This document shows, one piece after another, positions 1-9,869 of a stretch of 64,000 nt of DNA (position 1 is its first letter; every line of letters starts with the position of its first letter). Origin of the DNA: Candidatus Omnitrophota bacterium (lineage in GTDB: Bacteria > Omnitrophota > Gorgyraeia > Zapsychrales > JAHFFX01); NCBI GenBank assembly GCA_023247705.1, contig JAHFFY010000004.1:2561-66560 (forward strand). Direction: 5' to 3'. The translations under genes were made by a program, and so were the position numbers. The notes beneath the pieces are model-generated. The model saw nothing but the letters and a program-made list of their open reading frames with translations. It was not told the DNA's origin and did no database searches.

Positions 1-2
1 GG

Positions 3-3000
3 TTCGGTCAATGGGCGGAAAAAGAGAAAGAACAATTCGGCTTACAGGACATTTTGCAAGGGATCACACGATTGGTGGTCACGCCCCAAGAAAGGAAGGT
101 CCTCGAGAAAGAGACCGGAGAGTTGCTCGGGGGCGATTTCGCCCTGGCCAGAAAGAATAAAGCGGTCGTCAAGTTAAGCAAAGTGGTCGGGTTGTCGGTC
201 TCGGTGGGTGTCGGTGGCGTTTGGTTATATCTGGCGAATGAGCGATCTCATTTAGCGCAACAGATCCCTTCCTCTGTGCAAAAGCCGATCACCTCATCCG
301 AAACTCCGCAGGAGAATTCCGCTCCACAAACCGAAGCGGCAAAAGAGACCGCTCTAGAAGAAAGTCAAAAATTAACCGGGTTGATGTCTTTGGTGGAAGG
401 ATCGAAGGTCAGCGATGAAGTCAATCGCGCAAATAAAGAGAGAGCGATTCAGAATGTCCAAGCGGAGATTGAGCGTTTGAAGAAATCGGCTCAAGAGGTC
501 GAACAAAAGACCACAACCGTCACCGCCGATGTCCAGCAGTCCCGTCAGCGAATAGAATCTGATTTTAATTCCAAAATAGAAGAATTAAGAGATTTAGCGG
601 GAAAACACGAGGGAGTAAGCCCGCATCATGTCGTCCCAACCGAGGAGAAATGGTATAAATTGAAGGCAACCAAAGAGGTGAAACTGGCATCTCAAGAGAA
701 GAAAGGTCAGGATGAATCAAAAGTGGAATTGAAAGGCGATGGCGGTCTGCGTACGGTTCCGACTGGTCATGGAGGCAGCGATTATTCCGGCCTCGGCACG
801 GAATGGGAGGCGAATTTTGAGAGTGCCTCGCCATTTTTGTCTTTAGGGAGTTTTACCCAGGTGAATTATACCAATGGGTATCTTGTCCCGCGTAAAAGCC
901 AACCGCAGGTGTGGTCCTTAAAGAAACAGGAAGTGACGCGGGAATGGGTAATCCAATCCTCCAAAGGAAAAAGCCAGCTGCAGCTCGCGGTCCCGCCGGG
1001 TTATGTGATTGTCGGTCTTGAAACCAAAGAGCTGGTGGAAGGAACCATTTATTATGACCCGGTCCATCAAACCTGGCATCTGGCCTCGGAACAAAATTCC
1101 AAACAAGTCAAGGTTTACGTCCGTAAAGCTAAACCGAGAGAATTGCCGGTCTATAAACAATCCCTTCTTTTAGTAAATGATCAAGGGCAGGCTTTAAGTG
1201 CGGCAGCGATTCAGACCGCTTTTCAAAAGGATTTCCCGAAGGAGATGCTGGACCTTTTCGATTTGGCCAAAAGTTTATCGCTGGAAGAGAAGCTGGAATT
1301 GCGTCGGATGCTTCTCGATCTCAAAATTTTTTATTATACCACCAATCCCTATTTGACCGATGTTACGAAGGGGATGACCCTGGTGCAAGAGATGTTTTTT
1401 ACCCTGGCGCATCAATGCAATGGTTTTGCTTCCTTTAACAGCATTCTCTCGTTTGCTTTGGGTATTCTCGAGAAAGAGTATGCCATGGATGGGTACTGGG
1501 ATACAAACGGGAGCAGATTTGTGACCAGAGGAAATGGACATAATTGGAACATGTCTCAGGGCAACGTATTGAATCAGCCGCAGATCGGCGAATCGTCTCC
1601 TTTTTATCAAAAGGTCGGCGTCACGGAGGCGGAATGGACCAGGGAAATAACCGAGGTGATTCTCCCCCGGGCCCAAAGACTGCGCGCACTTCTTCCCAAG
1701 ATGCTTGAGATGATCACATTGAGACGCGAGCAGAAAAAGATTGAAACGGCGATCCAGGCCGAAGAGGAAAAACTAAAAAAGGTGAGCGAAGAAAAGCCGG
1801 CCAGACAAGACGGTGAAATCAGCCCGTACTATAAAGACAATCAAGAGTACTATTTTAAGTTAGTCGCCGGTTATCAGGAAAAAATAACCCAGCTTAAGAG
1901 GGATACCTTAACCAAGGAGACGATGGCAACGTTGATTGATTGGGGCTCTGAATTCAGCCGGTCATTGGTGCGGGGAGCGGTGGCGCCCCAGGGCAAGGGA
2001 GGCAAAGGGGTAGAGACACTTCTTCCTTCTGGACAATTAAAAAATATCTTGAAAGGTCAGCCCAAGGATCAGTCGAAGTCCGGCGCTTTGTTTGTTTTTT
2101 ACAATCCCTATGAACTCATGGCCGCGACGGATTATGCCCTCGAGATGCTTTCGGAATTGAATAATAAATTGTGGCGATTTCCTGCCCCAGACTATCCCAT
2201 GATGGAGCGGATCGCGCAAGTTAAAAAAGACATCTTCACGGCGGTGAAGGCGTTTGCCCGTCAGAATAATTGGGAATTGTATGAGCCCTTGGTCATGGAT
2301 CCGATCCGCTTACAGGATGGGACGCTCACGGATTTGGCGGATGGTGGAAATGCCGCCACCCCAAGCTATCTCATTGACCGGCTCAATAAAGATGACAATA
2401 TAACGGATGGAAATGATCTGATGACTTTTGATCTTCGGGACACGTTGGTGGATTTTCAAAAGGATTTGTTTTTATTTAAGTACGAACAAGACGAACAGTA
2501 TAGCGGAGGCGTAAGAACCCGCGCAGCGGAAACGGGATATCATTTAAAGGGAAAAAGATCCGGCCAGTATAAAGACCGACGGATTCCGGCCTTAAATTTG
2601 TCGCTGTATAATTATCCGTTTCCGAATGAAGAATGGCTGGCGGTTGGAACTGATCCGAATGGTAAAACGTTTTTTTTGGGGCCGGTCGCTGAGCGGGAAC
2701 GGCTGAACGATTTGCCGACCGAGGTCCGCAAGGATTTATTTCTTTTACCTAAAAATATTTTTGTGCTCAATGGAGAATTATTGGTCTGGTACAGGGATTC
2801 TCAGGGGCAGTATCGTCTCGGGGGAAGTTATTCCGAACATCATCACTTAGCCGACCGCATTTTTTTTACGACCACCACCCTGAGACAGTTACCCAATGGA
2901 ACGGTCATGTTTTTTGGTTATGAAAATTCCCGCTGGAAGTTGTTTATTTTGGATAAAACTGCGGTCGAAGAAGTTGATTTGGATTCTGTGACGCAGGAAA

Positions 3001-6000
3001 GAGTCGCTAGTGTGCAGGAGTTTGCTGTTTATTCCGATGGGCGCTGGGCCACGGTGCTGACGTATCAATCGGGATTACAAGGATATTTTGGGACAAAAGT
3101 TAAGCAGGCCGGGCTTTTTGATCCGGCCGAACGTTATAAGATCGCACGTATTCCAGTTGAGACCCCACAGAAAGGAATCATCGCTGCAGTGGAAGACCAA
3201 GGTGGATCATACTATATCGAATTTGACAGCGATGTTATTGAGCAAATTTCCGAGATTAAAAACGATCAACATCTTTTGGGGGCAGAGAATCCCATCTTTT
3301 TCCCTAACGGAAGTCCGGCTTTTTTAATCCAGCGGCGCGATAGAAAGTGGGTATGGGTGAGTGATCGGGCCGGTGCATCAACGGTCTTAATGCGATATCC
3401 CCTGAACAGAGTATTGGGAACCGCCTCTGGGGCTTCCTTGGAAATTTCAAATCAGCATAAGACCAAAGACGGTCGCTGGGTTGCTGAGGTGGCTTTATCT
3501 AAACAACCTGGCGTGAGGGATCTAGATATTCCTATCCCGGGTGTAAGGGGAAGCTTCGTGATTTTACCTAACGGCGAATGGTTTATGCGTATGCCTTTTA
3601 AAAAGGTCGAGACGGCGATTCAAATGGGCCCTGCCGGTTCATCGACAACGACCGTTGAGAAGAATTATGTCCGGCTTTGGGGGTCATGGTATGAGAGTCA
3701 ACGATCTCACATTCTGGCCACAGACGAGATTTTTACGAACGTTTTTGATCCCATTTTCGCGGTTGGTCCCGATGGAAAGGCGGATGCGTCCCGTTACCTG
3801 TTACTCTATTCCAACGATGAGAACGGTGTGATTTGGAAGGTCAAAGGCCCGCTGGCGCCTTATGTGGGATTATCTGAACAGGAGAGTTATCAACTTGATG
3901 CAATACCTATTCAGGAGACAGCGGATGGACAGATTGTTTTAAATTTGGTTAAAATGGCTCCAGATGGAAATATATTATATAATTTTTCTCCTGTCGTGAA
4001 TCTTTTTCCCCGGAGCCATCATTTTCTGAATCGGGTTATCGCTTTATATAATATTCCGGTTTCAGCCGTTGATGCCAATGAACACATCCCAGAGGAACGG
4101 ATCGATCTGCGCTGGGAACATTTTTCCCGGCTGGTCCCGGCGATCGATGCGACATTGAATTCCCCTAACACCCTGGGGGCGGGAAATTACACGGAAACGT
4201 GGAGTTATCTGGGCGACCTTTTGATGGATATGGAAAACGATCCCAACGGGCGGTATTTTGATCCACAACGCGTCGCGGAAATCCTTCGTTCCTATAAAAA
4301 GATTGTGGCCCAGCTGCTGTTTCATTATTCGGATTCTTCAGCTCAAGACATCGTCAGCTTTAATGAGTTGAAGAGATATACCGATGTCTTGATTGATCAC
4401 GGACTGCATGAGGTGGTCGTTGAGATCTTGGAAGAACTCTACAAAATTCTTTTGAACAAAGAGGCAGAAAAGCCCGCGTCGATGACTTCGGCCAAAGACA
4501 TTGTTTCCCTCCTGACGCCGCAGCAATGGCGGAATGGTATTGAGGCCTATGAAAAATTTCTTCAGGAACAGTTCAAATTAGATAGACGGACCAAAAGCAT
4601 CTATCTGCATAAATATCATTTTGAACCCAGCGATCACCACCGGGTGGATGAATTAAATGCCTTTGCCTCGATTTTCCTGGATGATGCAGCAGTGAACAAA
4701 TTGAGCGGTTATGGGCAGAGGATTGATTCTCTGACGCAGTGGATTCAGGATCTCAATATTCCTTTCCAATATTCTTCGGTCAAGGCCGCCCCGGGATTGA
4801 AAGATATTTTTATCCTTTTACATCAAGGTTTAAAAGGGGATCGACGGAATTTTGATGTGGAGTTCACCCAAGAAACACGATCGAGCCTTTTGTATAAAAT
4901 GGTCAAACTCATCCGCGGCAATACCGATCGACTGAAAGTCAATCTTGCCCATCCGTTGGCGAGTACCGAAGAATATCTCCAGGAACGCCGGGACTGGGAT
5001 TGGGTCAATCAACGCATGACCCGGATGTTGGGGGATGATTTCAACGGCCCTCACAATATCGGGGATGTGGTCACGACATTGATTGAAGAAGCGCATCACG
5101 ATGCTGCGACGTTGTTTGTCTTGGCGGCTTTTTTAACTTTTGTCTCAAGTTTTTTTTCTGATTTCCTGCGCAGAAGAAATATCACCCTGAGCCAAAACCC
5201 CAAGAAAGTGGTGGAACAATTTATCGCAGAAAATCCCTGGCTGGAAGGCTGGGGCGAAGTCGAGGGGATCAAGGATTTTCTTTTAGAGATCTTGAAGTCG
5301 GGAAAACTGATGACCCCCGAACAAGAAGAAAGATTACGCTCGATCCGCCAGCAGACTTCTTCGAATGAAGATCGCATGATCATCGACGCGATTCTGGCAT
5401 TGCCATTTGAATATCCCGCGAAGTCCTCGATGAGTTTGACCGCGATGGGGTTGATTGTCGATCATCTCAATGGGGATACCACTATTGAGCCGTATCGAGA
5501 CCGTAAAAAAATGACCCAGGCCATTTTGGATTTGGTTGAAAATATTAAGGCCGGAAAAATTCCCATCAAAGATTTTTATCCCGAACTGCGCAAGATCATT
5601 TCCCGGTTTAGCCGTGAAGAGACATCTCTCCAGGAAGATCTGACCCCGGTCGCCTTTCAGGATTTGCAGTCCGGATTACAAAATAAAAAGAAAGACGCGC
5701 GTAAGGTCATGACCGACGGCAAAGAAATCATTTCATCCGAGTATGACGGCTATGTCTCAAAACAGACCGGAGCGGGAGTGGAATTTGCTGGGGTCAGGGA
5801 ATACCGGGCCGGAGACGATTGGCGGCGGATTACTTTCGCCAGCTTGGCCTCCATGGATGGCCCTCTCCAGGTGAAGGAATCCCAAAAGGAGACGAAAGTC
5901 TCGGCAGGGATCCTTCTCGATCTGCGCGCGCTCAATAACGCTGACAACCTGGAGCAGTGGACCGAGCAGCTAGCCAACTCGTTGAAAGTTTTATATAAAA

Positions 6001-6818
6001 AATTCAGGGATGGGCTTTCCAGCGGCGGTGATTTTCAACTGAAAGGGTTGATTGTGATTCTGCCGGATGGAAATTTAAAAGAAATAAAAATCGACCGGAC
6101 GTTTCAATATCTTGAACTGGCCAATGGGATTTTTAAGATTGTCGAAAATAATTTTCCGGTGGCGTTTCAGATGTTTCGGATGCAGATGAAGGCTAAGCAG
6201 CCGGAGTTTTATACTGCGGCGGAAAAAAAGCGCTACGCCCAGAGGACCAAAGGCCTTTGGAAAGGGGAATTGAGCCAGCAAAAATTGGGACAGATGCAAC
6301 AGCGCCTTAAGGCTGATAATATTTATTTTGTTGGGGTCGATGAATCCGAACATCAATCGTTGGTTCAAAGTTTTCCGCGGTCGCGTAGTTTTTATTGGAA
6401 AGGCCAGCGGGCATATTCGATTTTGCCCAAAGACCAGGACAAAACGTTGGAGGTGTTGGAATTGGAGCCCGGGGAGAGCGTGACGGCTGCGGCGGACCGG
6501 GCGCTGTTGAAACAATCTGACATCGAACATCCTGAATCTTCAGGGCAAGACCAGATTGCTGATAAAGCCTTGTTGACTGCTGTTAAACCGCCCCCCGGTG
6601 GTATCGATCTTAACCCGGACAACCTGGATCTGCAGACGCAAGGGGAAGGAATGAATTTGAACTTTCCTTTGGATCCCAAAAACCTCGAAGGGGTCCAGAT
6701 CAACGGTCTTACGCCGGTTATTTTAGAGATCACGCCCGTTTCCAACCTGCCTTTTCTTTTAGGGTTGGGTCTCTTGAAGACTGAGCAATTGAGTCTAACT
6801 TCAGAACGTCATAACTAA
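3..6818 (+). CDS. Giant multidomain membrane protein, 5'-truncated by the window edge: TM, coiled coil, transglutaminase-like module, beta-propeller-like repeats, TM, DUF58-like module, GGIDLNP tail
   Basis: The frame is open from nt 3 (FGQWAEKEKEQFGLQDIL...), so the TTG at 54 is probably not the start. Motifs: QCNGFA...GHNW, two hydrophobic segments, GVEFAGVREYRAGDDWRRI, PPGGIDLNP. Confidence 0.9.
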   Translation, partial: FGQWAEKEKEQFGLQDILQGITRLVVTPQERKVLEKETGELLGGDFALARKNKAVVKLSKVVGLSVSVGVGGVWLYLANERSHLAQQIPSSVQKPITSSETPQENSAPQTEAAKETALEESQKLTGLMSLVEGSKVSDEVNRANKERAIQNVQAEIERLKKSAQEVEQKTTTVTADVQQSRQRIESDFNSKIEELRDLAGKHEGVSPHHVVPTEEKWYKLKATKEVKLASQEKKGQDESKVELKGDGGLRTVPTGHGGSDYSGLGTEWEANFESASPFLSLGSFTQVNYTNGYLVPRKSQPQVWSLKKQEVTREWVIQSSKGKSQLQLAVPPGYVIVGLETKELVEGTIYYDPVHQTWHLASEQNSKQVKVYVRKAKPRELPVYKQSLLLVNDQGQALSAAAIQTAFQKDFPKEMLDLFDLAKSLSLEEKLELRRMLLDLKIFYYTTNPYLTDVTKGMTLVQEMFFTLAHQCNGFASFNSILSFALGILEKEYAMDGYWDTNGSRFVTRGNGHNWNMSQGNVLNQPQIGESSPFYQKVGVTEAEWTREITEVILPRAQRLRALLPKMLEMITLRREQKKIETAIQAEEEKLKKVSEEKPARQDGEISPYYKDNQEYYFKLVAGYQEKITQLKRDTLTKETMATLIDWGSEFSRSLVRGAVAPQGKGGKGVETLLPSGQLKNILKGQPKDQSKSGALFVFYNPYELMAATDYALEMLSELNNKLWRFPAPDYPMMERIAQVKKDIFTAVKAFARQNNWELYEPLVMDPIRLQDGTLTDLADGGNAATPSYLIDRLNKDDNITDGNDLMTFDLRDTLVDFQKDLFLFKYEQDEQYSGGVRTRAAETGYHLKGKRSGQYKDRRIPALNLSLYNYPFPNEEWLAVGTDPNGKTFFLGPVAERERLNDLPTEVRKDLFLLPKNIFVLNGELLVWYRDSQGQYRLGGSYSEHHHLADRIFFTTTTLRQLPNGTVMFFGYENSRWKLFILDKTAVEEVDLDSVTQERVASVQEFAVYSDGRWATVLTYQSGLQGYFGTKVKQAGLFDPAERYKIARIPVETPQKGIIAAVEDQGGSYYIEFDSDVIEQISEIKNDQHLLGAENPIFFPNGSPAFLIQRRDRKWVWVSDRAGASTVLMRYPLNRVLGTASGASLEISNQHKTKDGRWVAEVALSKQPGVRDLDIPIPGVRGSFVILPNGEWFMRMPFKKVETAIQMGPAGSSTTTVEKNYVRLWGSWYESQRSHILATDEIFTNVFDPIFAVGPDGKADASRYLLLYSNDENGVIWKVKGPLAPYVGLSEQESYQLDAIPIQETADGQIVLNLVKMAPDGNILYNFSPVVNLFPRSHHFLNRVIALYNIPVSAVDANEHIPEERIDLRWEHFSRLVPAIDATLNSPNTLGAGNYTETWSYLGDLLMDMENDPNGRYFDPQRVAEILRSYKKIVAQLLFHYSDSSAQDIVSFNELKRYTDVLIDHGLHEVVVEILEELYKILLNKEAEKPASMTSAKDIVSLLTPQQWRNGIEAYEKFLQEQFKLDRRTKSIYLHKYHFEPSDHHRVDELNAFASIFLDDAAVNKLSGYGQRIDSLTQWIQDLNIPFQYSSVKAAPGLKDIFILLHQGLKGDRRNFDVEFTQETRSSLLYKMVKLIRGNTDRLKVNLAHPLASTEEYLQERRDWDWVNQRMTRMLGDDFNGPHNIGDVVTTLIEEAHHDAATLFVLAAFLTFVSSFFSDFLRRRNITLSQNPKKVVEQFIAENPWLEGWGEVEGIKDFLLEILKSGKLMTPEQEERLRSIRQQTSSNEDRMIIDAILALPFEYPAKSSMSLTAMGLIVDHLNGDTTIEPYRDRKKMTQAILDLVENIKAGKIPIKDFYPELRKIISRFSREETSLQEDLTPVAFQDLQSGLQNKKKDARKVMTDGKEIISSEYDGYVSKQTGAGVEFAGVREYRAGDDWRRITFASLASMDGPLQVKESQKETKVSAGILLDLRALNNADNLEQWTEQLANSLKVLYKKFRDGLSSGGDFQLKGLIVILPDGNLKEIKIDRTFQYLELANGIFKIVENNFPVAFQMFRMQMKAKQPEFYTAAEKKRYAQRTKGLWKGELSQQKLGQMQQRLKADNIYFVGVDESEHQSLVQSFPRSRSFYWKGQRAYSILPKDQDKTLEVLELEPGESVTAAADRALLKQSDIEHPESSGQDQIADKALLTAVKPPPGGIDLNPDNLDLQTQGEGMNLNFPLDPKNLEGVQINGLTPVILEITPVSNLPFLLGLGLLKTEQLSLTSERHN

Positions 6819-6851
6819 AAATTTTTCTTACTTTGTGAAGCCAAAATATTC

Positions 6852-6880
6852 TTGCTCATGTTATAGAATGCATATATAAT
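6852..6880 (+). promoter_or_regulatory. Putative sigma70 promoter for the AAA ATPase / trxA block
   Basis: TTGCTC-N17-TATAAT, 37 nt upstream of the ATG at 6918. Confidence 0.5.
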
Positions 6881-6917
6881 AACGCTCTCATTACTCCGGA
6901 AAAAATAGAGGTGTATC

Positions 6918-8096
6918 ATGAGCAAAGAATATTCTCCCTTTACGCCAGGGGTGCCTGTTCCCATAGATTTTTTTGTTGGAAGGAATCAAGAGTTAACAAC
7001 ACTGGTTGATAAAGCAAAAGCATCTTCGTCGGGTAAATTACAGTTGGCTTTTGTTTATGGCGAACGAGGCATTGGAAAAAGTTCTTTATGTCGTATGACA
7101 CGTGTTATTGCGGAAAGTCAAGCGGATATCTTGGGGGTACATGTTTTTCTGGGAGGGGTCGTATCTCTCCCAGAAATGGCGAGACGGATTTTTGAAAAAT
7201 TTCTTAATGAAAGTATTAATAGACCATGGTATGAACAGATTAGATCGTTTTTAGGAAAACATGTCAGGGAAGTGGGGTTATTTGGAGTTAATATTGAATT
7301 CGATGCTGACAAAAAGGAACTGAATCAGTTGGTTAATGGTTTCTCAACAGCGTTGAGGACGTTAGTTCAGCAACTAAAGGATAAAAAAGGGCTATTGATT
7401 ATTCTCGATGATTCAAATGGGCTGGCTAATTTGAAAGATTTTGCGAATTGGCTTAAAAGTCTGATTGATGAGATTTCGACATCCGATCAGCCGCTCCCTT
7501 TGTTCCTGGTCTTAGCTGGATTACCAGAAAGAAGATTGCAGCTTTTTCAATCTCAACCTTCTCTGATGAGGGTGTTTGATCCAATTGAGATTAAAAAATT
7601 ATCAGAAGAAGAGACAAAAAATTTCTACAGGCAATCATTTTCTAAGGTAGGAATCAGCATTAAAGAAGAGGAATTAGCGACCCTATGGCAATACTCAGGA
7701 GGCTATCCAGTTTTAGCCCATGAGATTGGAGACGCTGTTTTTAAGATAGACATGGATAATAATATTGATAAAGATGATGCTGTTAGAGGTATTGTTAAGG
7801 CGGCTCATGTTATTGGACAGAAGTATATAGAACCTCAAGTGTATGACGCGATCAGAAGTCAGAAATACCATTCCATTTTAAGAAAATTGGCGAGAGATCC
7901 TTTTGAAAGTCAATTTCGAAAAAAAGAAATAGCCAAAGATCTTAATGAAAGCGAAAAAAAAGTTTTTGATAATTTTCTTCAACGTATGAAGAAATTAGGG
8001 ATCTTAAAAGAAGATAAGGAAGCAGGATCAGGAGCTTATCAATTTACAAGCGATTTGCATTATTTGTTTATTTGGCTTCAAGCTCAGGGGAATTGA
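6918..8096 (+). CDS. P-loop AAA ATPase (archaeal-ATPase/AAA_16-like) with probable C-terminal winged helix
   Basis: SPFTPG..FVGR N-terminus, Walker A GERGIGKSS, Walker B LIILDD, SGGYP motif; GAGGTG RBS. Confidence 0.8.
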   Translation: MSKEYSPFTPGVPVPIDFFVGRNQELTTLVDKAKASSSGKLQLAFVYGERGIGKSSLCRMTRVIAESQADILGVHVFLGGVVSLPEMARRIFEKFLNESINRPWYEQIRSFLGKHVREVGLFGVNIEFDADKKELNQLVNGFSTALRTLVQQLKDKKGLLIILDDSNGLANLKDFANWLKSLIDEISTSDQPLPLFLVLAGLPERRLQLFQSQPSLMRVFDPIEIKKLSEEETKNFYRQSFSKVGISIKEEELATLWQYSGGYPVLAHEIGDAVFKIDMDNNIDKDDAVRGIVKAAHVIGQKYIEPQVYDAIRSQKYHSILRKLARDPFESQFRKKEIAKDLNESEKKVFDNFLQRMKKLGILKEDKEAGSGAYQFTSDLHYLFIWLQAQGN

Positions 8097-8118
8097 GCTT
8101 TGTGAAGAGGAGGAATAT

Positions 8119-8439
<321 letters not shown>

Positions 8440-8459
8440 TTTTTTATTCCTTTTCCGGT

Positions 8460-8969
8460 ATGAAAAAGAAAATTTTGATGATCATCGCCAGTCAGAAATT
8501 CAGGGACGAAGAATATCTGGTTCCCAAATCTTTTTTTGAAAAAAAAGGTTTTAAGGTCATTACGGCGAGTTCTTCTTTAAGCTCTTCCACGGGAATGCTC
8601 GGGGCAACAGCCCAAGCGGACATCCTGATTAAAAAAGTGAAAGCCGAAGATTACGATGCGGTTGTATTTGTCGGAGGATCTGGGGCGCAGGAGTATTGGT
8701 CGGATCCTTTAGCGCATGAGATTGCAAAAAAAGCGAATCAATCCGCCCAGGTGCTGGCCGCGATTTGTATTGCCCCGGTCACGTTAGCCAACGCGGGATT
8801 ATTACAGGGAAAAAAAGCGACCGTCTGGTCTTCTGAAATCAAGCAGCTTCAGGATCAAGGCGCTCAATTAAGTCAGGCCGCGGTCGTCCGCGATGGAAAA
8901 ATCATCACGGCCAACGGCCCGCAGGCGGCTTTGGATTTTGCTGAAACGATTATGGAGGCGATTGTCTGA
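8460..8969 (+). CDS. DJ-1/PfpI family protein
   Basis: FRDEE, YDAVVFVGG, AAICIAP and IITANGP motifs. Confidence 0.92.
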   Translation: MKKKILMIIASQKFRDEEYLVPKSFFEKKGFKVITASSSLSSSTGMLGATAQADILIKKVKAEDYDAVVFVGGSGAQEYWSDPLAHEIAKKANQSAQVLAAICIAPVTLANAGLLQGKKATVWSSEIKQLQDQGAQLSQAAVVRDGKIITANGPQAALDFAETIMEAIV

Positions 8970-9319
8970 TGTTGATCCATTTTTGTAAATCCAAGATTGC
9001 CCATGGACGGGTGACGGAGGCTCAGTTGTATTATGAGGGGAGCATCACAATCGATGAGCGTATTCTGAAGTCGGCCGAGATCATTCCCGGAGAAAAGGTC
9101 GAGGTCTTGAACGTTAACACCGGGTCCCGTATTGAAACGTATGTGATCGCCGGGAAAGCGGGTTCGGGGCAAATTTGCCTCAATGGCCCGGCGGCGCGCT
9201 CAGGCTGTGTGGGCGATCAATTGATCATCCTCTGTTACGCCCTGATTGATCCTTCCGAAGCCAAGAAAGTGAAAACCAAAGTGATTTATCTTGATGATCA
9301 TAACAAAATTAAAAATTAG
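8969..9319 (+). CDS. panD: Aspartate 1-decarboxylase
   Basis: YEG-SITID self-cleavage site; GSRIETY and ICLNGPAAR motifs. Confidence 0.95.
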   Translation: MLIHFCKSKIAHGRVTEAQLYYEGSITIDERILKSAEIIPGEKVEVLNVNTGSRIETYVIAGKAGSGQICLNGPAARSGCVGDQLIILCYALIDPSEAKKVKTKVIYLDDHNKIKN

Positions 9320-9869
9320 ATTGTACGGAGATCCGGTGCTCCGCCAGAAATCTTTACCAGTCAAAACCGTAGGTCCCGCCGAACGCATGTTGATTCCTTC
9401 GATGATTGAGACCATGTATCAGCATAAAGGCATCGGCTTGGCCGCGCCGCAGATCGGGATCAGCGAACAAATCCTGGTCGCGGATATCGGGGAGGGTCCC
9501 GTTGTTTTGATTAACCCTCAGATCATCAAGAAAAGCGGTTCCGACAAGATGGAAGAAGGGTGCTTAAGCATCCCCGGCATTGTCGTCAAGATCACTCGTC
9601 CTAATAAAATCGTCGTGCGATACATCAATGAGTATAACGAACCCGTTCAAAGGGAATTCGGCGAACTTTTTGCCCGCGTCATCCAGCACGAGATGGACCA
9701 TCTCAAAGGCAAACTCATCATCGATTACGCTTCTTTGTCGCAACAGATCAAAATTAAAAAACATCTCAAGGCGATTGAAGAAGGCCGCCTGCAGGATCTG
9801 CCTCAAACGGCCCCGATTCGCTCGAGAATCAAGGAAGAGCTGAATAAAGAAAAGGGAGTTTCTGCATGA
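9294..9869 (+). CDS. def: Peptide deformylase
   Basis: GIGLAAPQIG, EEGCLS and QHEMDHL motifs; ATG at 9294. Confidence 0.96.
   Translation: MIITKLKIRLYGDPVLRQKSLPVKTVGPAERMLIPSMIETMYQHKGIGLAAPQIGISEQILVADIGEGPVVLINPQIIKKSGSDKMEEGCLSIPGIVVKITRPNKIVVRYINEYNEPVQREFGELFARVIQHEMDHLKGKLIIDYASLSQQIKIKKHLKAIEEGRLQDLPQTAPIRSRIKEELNKEKGVSA

Noticed and set aside
54-56. TTG at 54 as the start of the giant gene
   Set aside because: The frame is open to the window edge and no RBS precedes it; the gene probably starts upstream.
6918-8096. ATPase as the MoxR partner of the DUF58 module
   Set aside because: It lacks MoxR signatures (PGxxKT, DEINR) and resembles archaeal-type AAA plus winged-helix proteins.
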